47,164 nucleotides of DNA, from the IMG/VR virus record IMGVR_UViG_3300030433_001712, positions 1 to 47,164 of that record; one strand, written 5' to 3'. Shown here one piece after another: positions 1-8,580 of this stretch. The notes under the pieces were generated by a model. That model saw only the letters and a list, made by a program, of their open reading frames with translations, was not told where the DNA came from and made no database searches. Origin of the DNA: a virus (lineage: Duplodnaviria > Caudoviricetes). Numbering within the stretch: position 1 is the stretch's first letter; each line of letters opens with the position of its first letter. The translations under genes were made by a program, and so were the position numbers.

Positions 1-1
1 G

Positions 2-295
2 ACCAGCTACGTCGAGAACTGCGAGACCTCAGCGATCGGTCGTGCCTTGGCGATGCTCGGAATCGGAATCGACACGTCTATTGCGTCAGCTAATGAAGTG
101 CAAGATGCAATCGCAAAGCAAGGCGCACCCGCCACAGCGAAGGCTGACGCCCCCGTTGAGAACATCATGGACAAGGCTGTGAGCTACATCAAGTCATCCA
201 CTGACAAGCAGAAGGCGTTCGACTCCATCTACAGCAAGTACAAGGAGCAGCTCACCGAGAAGCAGGTTGCTGGACTCAAAAAGTTCGTGCGATGA
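2..295 (+). CDS. 5'-truncated putative single-strand annealing protein (Rad52/Sak/ERF-like)
   Basis: Frame is open from base 2: TSYVENCETSAIGRALAMLGIGIDTSIASANEV, a typical phage SSAP-type motif; lies next to an exonuclease and SSB. Confidence 0.6.
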   Translation, partial: TSYVENCETSAIGRALAMLGIGIDTSIASANEVQDAIAKQGAPATAKADAPVENIMDKAVSYIKSSTDKQKAFDSIYSKYKEQLTEKQVAGLKKFVR

Positions 296-516
296 ACCTG
301 TTTATTCTTGGCGTCATCACAGGCATCGTTGCGAGCTTGGCGGTGGCAGGCATCATCATGGAGATGAAGGAGCGCGAGAAGGCAAAGGAGAGCAGGCTCA
401 AGTACGCAGACATGCGTCGCCGCATGAAGCGGATGCGCATGACAGGCATGACGCTTGAGCGCATCTCCAAGCGGACAGGCGTGCCTGTATCCACAGTGCA
501 TCGCTACGTTCGATGA
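292..516 (+). CDS. Small protein with N-terminal transmembrane helix and C-terminal HTH
   Basis: Hydrophobic LFILGVITGIVASLAVAGII; HTH-like MTLERISKRTGVPVSTVHRYV; ATGA overlaps at both ends. Confidence 0.7.
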   Translation: MNLFILGVITGIVASLAVAGIIMEMKEREKAKESRLKYADMRRRMKRMRMTGMTLERISKRTGVPVSTVHRYVR

Positions 517-1301
517 TTAACATCCCCGAGGTACTTCAGGAGCGGTACAACAAGCCGCACCTGTCGTACTCCTCCCTCAAGGTCGCACTCACCGACATGG
601 CGAAGTTCGACCAGTATATGAAGGGGGAACTGAAGTTCTCGTCACCTGCGCTGACCTTCGGAACCCTCTACGACATGCTCCTCTTCGAACGTGATAAGGC
701 CATGGACACGTACACTATTCTCTCACACGACACGATCATGGATCGCTGTTCAGACAAAACACGTGCGTCCAAGCGTCCCAAACTCACGAATGATTACAAG
801 GCTGTTCGTGCTCAGCTTGAGCAAGAGGCTGCCAATGGTGGCGGTATGCTTTGCACTCCCGAAGATTGGAAGATGGCCAATGAGATGATTGACCGCCTCG
901 AACGTTGTGGTCTGGTCGGCAGCTTGCTGTCGTCAGGCAACTACCAAGTGGAGTTCAATGAGATGATTGGACCTGTGAGAGTCAAAGGCTTCCTCGACTG
1001 CCTTGGCGATGGCTTCATCGTCGACAGCAAGTCAACCAAGGCCGTTGACAAGTTTCGGTACAGTGTGCGTGACTTCTGTTACGACATCCAAGCTTACATC
1101 TACTGCAAGGTGTTTGGTGTCAAGAAGTTCTACTGGCTCGTCCAGGAGAAGACGTACCCCTATCTGCCTGCAGTGGTAGAGTGTTCTGATGAGACCCTGT
1201 TTACTGGGGAGATGAAGTTCCACGATGCGGTCGAACGCATCACCCGCTTCCTCGAAGGCGGACAGGCACCTGATCAGGACTATGTCGAGTTCAAAGTATA
1301 A
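513..1301 (+). CDS. PD-(D/E)XK exonuclease (RecE/DUF3799-like)
   Basis: LSYSSLK, FGTLYD, KGFLD...IVDSKST and YDIQAYIY motifs. Confidence 0.8.
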   Translation: MINIPEVLQERYNKPHLSYSSLKVALTDMAKFDQYMKGELKFSSPALTFGTLYDMLLFERDKAMDTYTILSHDTIMDRCSDKTRASKRPKLTNDYKAVRAQLEQEAANGGGMLCTPEDWKMANEMIDRLERCGLVGSLLSSGNYQVEFNEMIGPVRVKGFLDCLGDGFIVDSKSTKAVDKFRYSVRDFCYDIQAYIYCKVFGVKKFYWLVQEKTYPYLPAVVECSDETLFTGEMKFHDAVERITRFLEGGQAPDQDYVEFKV

Positions 1302-1334
1302 GATTGTTTACGCAGGTTTGTTGGTTGCCCTGCT

Positions 1335-1343
1335 GTATCTTGC
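1335..1343 (+). promoter_or_regulatory. Putative promoter -7 element variant GTATCTTGC upstream of SSB
   Basis: Intergenic; identical 9-mer upstream of nrdB; resembles Bacteroidota TAnnTTTG. Confidence 0.5.
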
Positions 1344-1382
1344 AACCATCAGCACATTTCAAATCATTTTAACTACACTATT

Positions 1383-1691
1383 ATGAGCGATCAGAAGTAT
1401 GATTCAGTTCTCGTCGGTTGGGCCGACGAACCAAAGTTTAACGACAACAACGAGCTTATGTCTTGGCAGCTCCGCCTGAAGGACCACGAGCTCAAGGACA
1501 TGCTCGACCAGTACGTTACATCCCGTAACGAGCAGGGTCAAGGCGGCAACGTCTACATCACCATGTTCATGTCTAAGAACGGAAAGGCTTGCGCCCGTGT
1601 CTTCAACCCTAACAGCGAGGCTGCCAAGGAGAAGCGTGCGCAGAAGGCAAACAGCAATGCAGAGCAAGAGTCTGCAGACTTGCCCTTCTAA
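1383..1691 (+). CDS. Putative single-stranded DNA-binding protein
   Basis: 102 aa, beta-rich, acidic C-terminal tail ending ESADLPF; recombination context. Confidence 0.6.
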   Translation: MSDQKYDSVLVGWADEPKFNDNNELMSWQLRLKDHELKDMLDQYVTSRNEQGQGGNVYITMFMSKNGKACARVFNPNSEAAKEKRAQKANSNAEQESADLPF

Positions 1692-1713
1692 ACCAGTAGG
1701 GTTATACGCAGCC

Positions 1714-2019
1714 ATGGAGTGGGGGCTGAGGGACATCACGTTCCTCGGTCCCTATTCTTTCTGCGGAAGTAAAGACAAAGTCAACCTCACATTCCACTGC
1801 AGCATGCAAGACTACGACGAAGATTTCATGGTGTACATACCAGAATTCACGGAGAAGTTCATCTGCCTTGTCATCCCCAACAAACAGGGAGACAACAGCG
1901 TTGTGCTCACACGTGAAGACTGCCTGCCCGTGATGAAGACCAAGGTCAGCATGAAGTGGATTGCGGACAAACTCAAGCGTAAATGGGAAATGAAGATCTA
2001 CCCAGTATCTACCACATGA
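1714..2019 (+). CDS. Hypothetical protein (start uncertain: ATG 1714 or 1804)
   Basis: Fills the gap between SSB and the next gene; the track start at 1597 overlaps SSB and is unlikely. Confidence 0.45.
   Translation: MEWGLRDITFLGPYSFCGSKDKVNLTFHCSMQDYDEDFMVYIPEFTEKFICLVIPNKQGDNSVVLTREDCLPVMKTKVSMKWIADKLKRKWEMKIYPVSTT
1722..1760 (+). terminator. Hairpin/possible intrinsic terminator after SSB
   Basis: ggggctgagggac-atcac-gttcctcggtccc, 13-bp stem with G.U pairs, then tattcttt. Confidence 0.55.
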
Positions 2020-2243
2020 ATGCCGACGTTGCCTTTAAGAAGGGCAAGCTCATCCATCACCGCTCTGCGTGGGTGGTGAGCAGGTACACCACTCCTGCGG
2101 AGATCATGGCCAAGGACAGCAAGACCATGAGCAGACTTGAGTCGGAGCTATATGGCAAGACGTACAAGGGTGTGCGTCAGGTCATCATCCGAGCTGTTGA
2201 CGGAGTCAAGCCTGTAGGTAAAGTAAATCGGATTGCAGTATGA
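1983..2243 (+). CDS. Hypothetical protein (alternative start ATG 2016)
   Basis: In-operon ORF with ATGA overlap to the next gene. Confidence 0.6.
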   Translation: MGNEDLPSIYHMNADVAFKKGKLIHHRSAWVVSRYTTPAEIMAKDSKTMSRLESELYGKTYKGVRQVIIRAVDGVKPVGKVNRIAV

Positions 2244-2548
2244 AGCCATCTCAAAGACAAGAAGGCGGTGAGCATTACAACATGCCTATCCAGCCGACAG
2301 AATTCATCCAGAAAAACGGCATCCCTTTCATCGAGGGTAACGTGATCAAGTATCTCTGTAGACACCGCCGAAAGAATGGGGCGGAGGACATCCTGAAAGC
2401 CATTCATTACCTCGAACTAATCTTAGAATACGACTACAATGAAAGTGACCTTCTTTCAAACCGTCTTCGACAAGAACGCGCCACACCATGTCAACGTGTC
2501 GACTGCCCTCGACAGAATCAAGAAGGGCCAGTCGAAAACTACGATTGA
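2240..2548 (+). CDS. DUF3310 (SaV-like / T7 gp1.7-like) protein
   Basis: GGEHY..IQP.EFI..N...F.EGNVIKY..R...KNG.EDI.KAIHYLE signature. Confidence 0.85.
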   Translation: MKPSQRQEGGEHYNMPIQPTEFIQKNGIPFIEGNVIKYLCRHRRKNGAEDILKAIHYLELILEYDYNESDLLSNRLRQERATPCQRVDCPRQNQEGPVENYD

Positions 2549-4322
2549 TGCGGTACGTTCAGGCAACAAGGACGCGAAGAAGAAGCTTCCTGTCGTATGC
2601 TTTAGCGGTGAGTTTGCGTCCCGTGCAGACGATGCTCTATTCGAGCACAGCGGTTTCATTGTTCTGGACTTCGATCACATTGATGTTGCTCAGGCCAAGA
2701 GCGCTTTGGCTACGGATACTCACGTCTATAGCTGCTGGGTTTCACCGAGTGGTGATGGCCTCAAGGCTCTGGTAAGAGTCACCAACCCTGAGCGTCATCG
2801 CGATCACTTCCGTGCCCTCCGTACCTACTTCCACAAGCAGTACGACCTGGAGGTGGATGAGTCGGGCATCAATGAGTCACGGGCTTGCTTCGAGTCATAC
2901 GACCCAGACCTAGTGCTCAACCCTGACGCCAAGAAGTTTGGCGCGTTTGCTACAGAGCGTAGTGAGCAGCCGCAAGAGGCGAAGGTGGGGGAGTACACAG
3001 ACTACATGAAGCTCAACCTTGCGTGCCGCATGGTGCGTCAGGCTGAGGATGGGGAGAAGCATGCTGCTCTGCTCAAGGCGTCCAAGCTTGTCGGTGGTTA
3101 CATCTCGGCGGGTCGCATCGAAGAAGAAGAGGCTGTTCGTGTCCTCTTTCGTGAGATCTGCAAGCGTGACATTGACAGCGAGGAGGCAGCCATGACCACG
3201 ATCCGCCAGGCGGTGGAGGTCGGCAAGCAGATGCCCATCCGTGAGCTACTGGATAACGAGCAGGATGCCAAGCGCGAGATGCTCATCAACGACGGAGACA
3301 TGTCTTTCATCTCTTCAGATGACGAGGACTTCCGATGGATTGATGACTACGCAAACGGCAAGATCCCTGTCGGTCTGGATACTGGAGACCAGAAGCTTGA
3401 CGACTACTTCCGTTACAAGAAGGAGTTCGTTATTATGAATGGCCACTCCAACGTAGGCAAGACAACCTTCGCCTTGTACATGATGGTGAACTCAGCCGTG
3501 CGTCACGGATGGAAGTGGGTGGTGTACTCCTCGGAGAACCGCACCGCATCCCTGAAGATGTCGCTCATGCAGTTCGCTGTCAATCGCAAGATCGGAGACA
3601 TGACGTTCGAGCAGCGCAAGAAGGCTTACAAGTGGGTCAACGAGCACTTCACTGTCATCAGTAACAATCAGGTGTACTCTTACTCTGACATCCTCGTCTT
3701 CCTTGAGAAGATCGTGCGTCAGCAGGAGTGCGACGCGGTCTTTGTGGACCCGTACAACAGTCTGAAGATCGAGCTGACTGGCAATGGCAACTCGCATGAC
3801 TACCACTACCAAGCGGCGTCAGAGTTCTTGACCTTCTCTACCGCCAATGACGTGGCTGTATGGCTCAATATGCACGCCGTGACCGAGGCGCAACGACGCA
3901 AGGGTGATGATGGTTTGCCTATCGCTCCATACGCAGAGGATACAGAGGGGGGCGGCAAGTTCGTGAACCGAGCTGACTGCTTCATGACTATCCACCGCAA
4001 GGTGCAGGCGCCAGATCACAATGTCAAGAAGACGACAGAGCTTCACATCAGGAAGGTGAGGGAGACAGAGACAGGTGGTCAGCCCACCCCGATCGACGAT
4101 CCAATCACGTTCACGATGAACACTTCGCACACCGCGTTCAGGATTAACACGACAGGCGAGGAGCTCTTCCACGGGATCGACAAGAAGTTCGAAGACTACA
4201 AGACATATAACTTCAGCGCTAACCACGGATTCCTAACCGATTCTTCTGTACCTTCACGTAGTGAAGAGACAAACGAGAGGGACTTCGCGGCGCAAGTCAG
4301 CCAAGAAGAAGGAGTTAGGTAA
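2439..4322 (+). CDS. Primase (VirE_N/BT4734-like) fused to DnaB-like SF4 helicase
   Basis: KKKLPVVCFSGEF, LDFDH, SPSGDGLK, RACFESYDP in the N-terminus; Walker A GHSNVGKT, VFVDPYN and KVRE in the C-terminus. Confidence 0.85.
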   Translation: MKVTFFQTVFDKNAPHHVNVSTALDRIKKGQSKTTIDAVRSGNKDAKKKLPVVCFSGEFASRADDALFEHSGFIVLDFDHIDVAQAKSALATDTHVYSCWVSPSGDGLKALVRVTNPERHRDHFRALRTYFHKQYDLEVDESGINESRACFESYDPDLVLNPDAKKFGAFATERSEQPQEAKVGEYTDYMKLNLACRMVRQAEDGEKHAALLKASKLVGGYISAGRIEEEEAVRVLFREICKRDIDSEEAAMTTIRQAVEVGKQMPIRELLDNEQDAKREMLINDGDMSFISSDDEDFRWIDDYANGKIPVGLDTGDQKLDDYFRYKKEFVIMNGHSNVGKTTFALYMMVNSAVRHGWKWVVYSSENRTASLKMSLMQFAVNRKIGDMTFEQRKKAYKWVNEHFTVISNNQVYSYSDILVFLEKIVRQQECDAVFVDPYNSLKIELTGNGNSHDYHYQAASEFLTFSTANDVAVWLNMHAVTEAQRRKGDDGLPIAPYAEDTEGGGKFVNRADCFMTIHRKVQAPDHNVKKTTELHIRKVRETETGGQPTPIDDPITFTMNTSHTAFRINTTGEELFHGIDKKFEDYKTYNFSANHGFLTDSSVPSRSEETNERDFAAQVSQEEGVR

Positions 4323-4803
4323 GTACAAGAGTGGACTAGAGAAGACATGCGGTAGTCTTCTTTCTGAATGCGGGCTTGACTTTGCTTATGAAGAGCATGA
4401 GTATGAGTTAGTGCCCAAGTTCAGATACCCCGCCCCTTACTGGAAGATGACCCCTAAGTCAAAGGGACTTATCGACAAGACAGACAAGGTGGTGTTGCCA
4501 ATCAAGTACACGCCCGACTTCGTAGCCAAAGACGGAAGCTGGATCATTGAGACCAAGGGTTACATCCATTCGCATCATGACTTCCCCATGAGGTGGAAGC
4601 TGTTCATGCAATACCTGCTGGATCGAGACGAGCCCCTTCCGATGTTGTTCATCTGCCGCAACCGCAGACAGATTGAGCAAGCGATCTATGTAATCAAATC
4701 AAAAATGAAAGAAGATGCAAGAGAAAATAACTCCAGATCAAATCGGAGAAAGGTACGGGCTAGCTGTGGAGAGGATGATCGAAGTGATAGTCAACTACTC
4801 TGA
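4261..4803 (+). CDS. T7 endonuclease I-like Holliday junction resolvase
   Basis: YKSGLE...YE...YTPDFV...IIETKG motifs; GTG start. Confidence 0.8.
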   Translation: MKRQTRGTSRRKSAKKKELGKYKSGLEKTCGSLLSECGLDFAYEEHEYELVPKFRYPAPYWKMTPKSKGLIDKTDKVVLPIKYTPDFVAKDGSWIIETKGYIHSHHDFPMRWKLFMQYLLDRDEPLPMLFICRNRRQIEQAIYVIKSKMKEDARENNSRSNRRKVRASCGEDDRSDSQLL

Positions 4804-4972
4804 GGATCAGCTGTACAACCCCGATGGATCACCACGTGTTGACCCTGGAGAGGTGTCACGCGCAGTGGATGGAATGATCACTCAGCTGCGTCACGAGGCA
4901 AGCCTCATTAAGGACACAGTATTCGAAGCATACGAAGCAAATGCAGACGAAAGCCAGGCGGAGTTATTCTAA
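4715..4972 (+). CDS. Hypothetical protein
   Basis: In-operon ORF with normal composition. Confidence 0.6.
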   Translation: MQEKITPDQIGERYGLAVERMIEVIVNYSEDQLYNPDGSPRVDPGEVSRAVDGMITQLRHEASLIKDTVFEAYEANADESQAELF

Positions 4973-5435
4973 CTCTACTGGCAGAATGGCAGAGGTGAGG
5001 TTCAAGAGGGCCGCAGAGAGACTCGGGTTCAAGGTCATGAAGGCCACCCCGAAGGAGGATATGCACAAGCACATTGACTACTGGCTTCTGTACTCAGACA
5101 GGAAGCACGCAGTCGATGTCAAGGGAAACAACCTGCCAGACGAGATCTGGTGTGAGTTCAAGAACGTTAGGGGAAACCCAGGGTGGATGTATGGCAACGC
5201 GCACATCATCGCATTCGATATGCCCGAAGAGGGTGGGTTTGTCATTGTCGACAGACAAGAGCTGGCATTCTGGTGTGAGCAGAACGTCAAGGATGTAATC
5301 GTCAAGGAGAAGAAGGATGCGCACCTTAAAAAGTACACGCGCAGAGATCGTCTTGACGTGATCACCCGACTTAACTTGGAGGATCTCAAGCTGTTACAAT
5401 CGTATCGCGTCTGGCCATACGAGACAGATTATTGA
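4941..5435 (+). CDS. PD-(D/E)XK-fold nuclease-like protein
   Basis: G..AE..F, HIDY, VDVKG and EFKNVRGNPGW motifs. Confidence 0.65.
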   Translation: MQTKARRSYSNSTGRMAEVRFKRAAERLGFKVMKATPKEDMHKHIDYWLLYSDRKHAVDVKGNNLPDEIWCEFKNVRGNPGWMYGNAHIIAFDMPEEGGFVIVDRQELAFWCEQNVKDVIVKEKKDAHLKKYTRRDRLDVITRLNLEDLKLLQSYRVWPYETDY

Positions 5436-5444
5436 GTATCTTGC
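5436..5444 (+). promoter_or_regulatory. Putative promoter -7 element variant GTATCTTGC upstream of nrdB
   Basis: Same 9-mer as 1335-1343, intergenic, followed by a pyrimidine-rich leader without SD. Confidence 0.5.
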
Positions 5445-5477
5445 TGGTCCTTTCTTAAACCTTTTACTACCCCCATA

Positions 5478-6461
5478 ATGTCTAACTCGATCTTTGAAAA
5501 GAGGCTGAGCTACAAGCCCTTTGACTATTCTGAAATCACTGACCCACTCATCAATGCGATGTGGGCTAGCCACTGGACTCACAATGAATTTAACTTCAAG
5601 GCTGATGTTCAGGACTACCATACAAGCCTGAGCGAACAGGAGCGCAACGTGATCAAGCGCGCCATCCTTCTCATCTCGCAGGTCGAAGTGGCAGTGAAGT
5701 CGTACTGGTCAAATATCGGCAAGCACCTGCCTAAGCCAGAGATCGCAGACATGGGCGCTGTATTTGGTGGTGTTGAAGTGATTCACTCCCGTGCGTACTC
5801 AGAGATTCTGACCAAGCTGGGACTGGAGGAGGAGTTCACTACTCTTCTGGAGAATGAGCCTGTACTGAACCGCGTTACTTATCTGAACAAATACGTTGAT
5901 CGCGTATTCGAAGACGACAAGAAGCAGTTCCTCTACAGTCTCATCCTCTTCACTCTCTTCACCGAGAACGTGTCGCTGTTCAGTCAGTTCTACACTGTGC
6001 TTGGGTTCAATCGCTTCCAGGCTGTGCTCAAGGACACCGCGAACGTGGTGCAGTACACATCAAAGGAAGAGAACCTGCACGCTGAAGGGGGCATGGCATT
6101 GATCAATCAGATCCGTGCTGAGCATCCAGAGTTGTTCGACGCTGAGCTTGAGTCCAAGATCTGGGAGGAAGCCCAGGTTGCGCTGGACGCAGAGCACAGT
6201 TTGATCAAGTGGATCTTGCAAGGGTTTGAGAATGAGTTCCTTAGCGAGTCTATCCTGAACAACTACCTCAAGAACAGAGTCAACGAGAGCATGCGTCGCA
6301 TCGGCTTCGCCTTTGAGTTCCCCGTGAACCAAGAGGAGCTTGAGGTTACAGCATGGATGGACGAGGAAGTGTACGCCTCTGCGTTGTCTGACTTCTTCCA
6401 CAAGAAGCCAATCGACTACGCAAAAAGCACAAAGAGTTTCACAGCAGACGATTTATTTTAA
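5478..6461 (+). CDS. nrdB: Ribonucleotide reductase beta subunit, class Id-like
   Basis: QVEVAVKSYW (Glu first ligand, Lys at +4), EVIHSRAY, ENVSLFSQF, EENLH, DFF. Confidence 0.93.
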   Translation: MSNSIFEKRLSYKPFDYSEITDPLINAMWASHWTHNEFNFKADVQDYHTSLSEQERNVIKRAILLISQVEVAVKSYWSNIGKHLPKPEIADMGAVFGGVEVIHSRAYSEILTKLGLEEEFTTLLENEPVLNRVTYLNKYVDRVFEDDKKQFLYSLILFTLFTENVSLFSQFYTVLGFNRFQAVLKDTANVVQYTSKEENLHAEGGMALINQIRAEHPELFDAELESKIWEEAQVALDAEHSLIKWILQGFENEFLSESILNNYLKNRVNESMRRIGFAFEFPVNQEELEVTAWMDEEVYASALSDFFHKKPIDYAKSTKSFTADDLF

Positions 6462-8257
6462 TGACTAAAGAAGAACAACGAGACCTTTTTGAAGGGCTCA
6501 TTAATGTGAGGGATGAAGACATCTCTGACTGGAACAAACACAAAGAGGCAGTCGAGAAGTCTGTCTCTTCACGGGATCCTTTCTACTGGGTCACAGAAGA
6601 AACCCGCCAGTTCATGGAGAAGGGATACCTAGATCCAGGGCAGACGGTTGAAGAGAGGGCATGGGAGATTGCGAAGCACGCAGGTAAGATCCTCGCGGAC
6701 ATGAAGCAGCTCCCTCCATTCTTCGAGAACTATCACTGGAAGACATTCGCAGACCTGTTTTATGACTGCATGTCTAAGGGTTGGTTTAGCTTGAGCACCC
6801 CAGTATGGGTCAACTTCGGAAAGGACAAGGGCCTCCCTATCTCTTGCTTTGGAACTCAGTTGCAGGATGACACGTTCGACATTCTTCGTGGAGCCGCAGA
6901 GGTGGGAGCCATGAGCAAAGTGGGCGGCGGTACGGCCACGTACTTCGGCAACCTTCGTCCCCGTGGGGCCAAGATCAGCAGTGGTGGCGAGACCAACGGA
7001 GCTGTCTCTATGATGGAGCTGTTCAATACTACCACCAACGTCATCTCTCAGGGTAAGGTGCGGCGTGGAAGCTGGGCCGCATACTTGGACGTGGAGCATC
7101 CAGACATCGAGGAGTTCTTGCAGATCCGCAGTGAGGGACACCCGATCCAGGACGTGTCGTTTGCCGTGTGCATCAGCAACAAGTGGATGAAGGCGATGAT
7201 CGACGGAGACCAGGAGAAGCGCGCTATCATGGCCAAGATCCACAAGAAGCGCAGCGAGACAGGATACCCATACATCTTCTTCACGGACAACGTAAATGAT
7301 CAGGCGCCTAGTTGGTACAAGGCAAAGGGAATGAAGATCAAGCACTCACAGTTGTGTGCTGAGATCATGGAGTACACCGACGACACCAAGTCCTTCGTGT
7401 GCTGCTTGTCTTCTATGAACGCCTTGCACTATGATGAGTGGCGATACAGTAATGCTGTTCGGATTATGACCATGTTCCTTGATGCAGTGTATCATGAGTT
7501 CATCGAGAAGGCAAAGGACATCCCCTTCATGGAAAAGGCTGTTCGCTTCGCACGTGAGCATCGGTCTATCGGCATCGGCGTGCTGGGGTATCACTCCTAC
7601 CTTCAGAGCAAGGGCATCCCCTTTGAAAGCATCCAGGCTAGAATGATCAACAAAGACATCTTTGCTACGATTGATCTTCAGAGCAAGAGTCACAGCCGAT
7701 TGCTGGCTAAGATGTATGGCGAGCCTAAGGTGTTGCATGAGCAGGGATACCGATTCAGCACCCGAATGGCAGTGGCACCCACTACATCTTCATCATTCAT
7801 CCTCGGGCAGGTGTCTCCATCTATTGAGCCGTTGCAGTCTAACTACTTCACCAAGGACTTGGCCAAGGGTAAGTTCACCTACAAGAACCCCTACCTCAAG
7901 GACCTGCTCAGCAAGTACGACAAGGACAAGGCCCACGTGTGGAAAGATATCATGATGAAAGGTGGGTCAGTACAACATCTAGACTTCCTGTCAAAGGAGG
8001 AGAAGGATGTGTTTAAGACGTTTGCTGAGATCTCACAGATGGAGGTGATTCAGCAGGCAGCTGATCGCCAGAAGTTCATTGACCAAGGACAGTCTCTGAA
8101 TGTAATGATTAGTGATGACGTCCCCTTGAAGGACGTGAACCAGCTCGTGATCAAGGCATGGGAGCTGGGGATTAAGACTCTCTATTACCAACGCGGTGTT
8201 AACCAAGCACAGGCAGTTGGCCGAGATATCTTAAATTGCGCTGTGTGTGAGGCGTAG
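6461..8257 (+). CDS. nrdA: Ribonucleotide reductase alpha subunit (no recognisable ATP cone)
   Basis: PISCF, GGGTA, SQLCAEI, FVCCLSS, APTTSSS, DQGQSLN, TLYY, C-terminal CAVC; TAATG coupling to nrdB. Confidence 0.95.
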   Translation: MTKEEQRDLFEGLINVRDEDISDWNKHKEAVEKSVSSRDPFYWVTEETRQFMEKGYLDPGQTVEERAWEIAKHAGKILADMKQLPPFFENYHWKTFADLFYDCMSKGWFSLSTPVWVNFGKDKGLPISCFGTQLQDDTFDILRGAAEVGAMSKVGGGTATYFGNLRPRGAKISSGGETNGAVSMMELFNTTTNVISQGKVRRGSWAAYLDVEHPDIEEFLQIRSEGHPIQDVSFAVCISNKWMKAMIDGDQEKRAIMAKIHKKRSETGYPYIFFTDNVNDQAPSWYKAKGMKIKHSQLCAEIMEYTDDTKSFVCCLSSMNALHYDEWRYSNAVRIMTMFLDAVYHEFIEKAKDIPFMEKAVRFAREHRSIGIGVLGYHSYLQSKGIPFESIQARMINKDIFATIDLQSKSHSRLLAKMYGEPKVLHEQGYRFSTRMAVAPTTSSSFILGQVSPSIEPLQSNYFTKDLAKGKFTYKNPYLKDLLSKYDKDKAHVWKDIMMKGGSVQHLDFLSKEEKDVFKTFAEISQMEVIQQAADRQKFIDQGQSLNVMISDDVPLKDVNQLVIKAWELGIKTLYYQRGVNQAQAVGRDILNCAVCEA

Positions 8258-8261
8258 TGCT

Positions 8262-8269
8262 TATATTTG
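8262..8269 (+). promoter_or_regulatory. Bacteroidota sigmaA -7 element TATATTTG
   Basis: Exact TAnnTTTG; same 12-mer TATATTTGTATC as at 28361-28372 on the minus strand. Confidence 0.6.
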
Positions 8270-8273
8270 TATC

Positions 8274-8341
8274 GTTACACGGGAATTCGTTCGTGGAACT
8301 TTCGCTACGGGGTCGGCTGCATTATCGCAGTCGGCCCTTTT
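8274..8341 (+). ncRNA. Candidate ~68-nt small RNA
   Basis: Lies between an exact promoter element and a terminator; no ATG-started ORF; possible 5' hairpin with a UUCG loop at 8278-8295. Confidence 0.35.
8310..8341 (+). terminator. Intrinsic terminator ending the + arm
   Basis: gggtcggctgc-attatc-gcagtcggccc (11 bp, two G.U pairs, so + strand-specific), then tttt. Confidence 0.8.
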
Positions 8342-8343
8342 AG

Positions 8344-8580
8344 TTAGCGGTACCGTGCAGTCTTCTTCTTGATGGCCTTGGGCTGGGACACGAACTGCTT
8401 GCCCTTCTTGTTACCCTCTGCTTTGGCTCTGTTTGTTGCCGCCTTCTCTGCTGGAGACAGCGCCTTCCATGCAGCATCAGGAAGGTAGCGCTTCTTGCCC
8501 TTGGATTTAGATCCGTCAGACGTGCGCCACTTCTGTGCCGTCCACTTCTTGAGACTCTGCTGTGACTTGGAGAGCGCCAT
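8344..8580 (-). CDS. Small basic protein, DUF5872-like C-terminal half
   Basis: Q.SL.KWT.QKWRT...RYLP..AW..LS..EK..T...K..G...GKQFV. Confidence 0.75.
   Translation of the reverse strand: MALSKSQQSLKKWTAQKWRTSDGSKSKGKKRYLPDAAWKALSPAEKAATNRAKAEGNKKGKQFVSQPKAIKKKTARYR

Noticed and set aside
2439-2548. 110-nt overlap of the DUF3310 tail with the primase start as a dual-coding region
   Set aside because: The DUF3310 domain ends about where the primase begins; the extension looks like simple stop-codon loss
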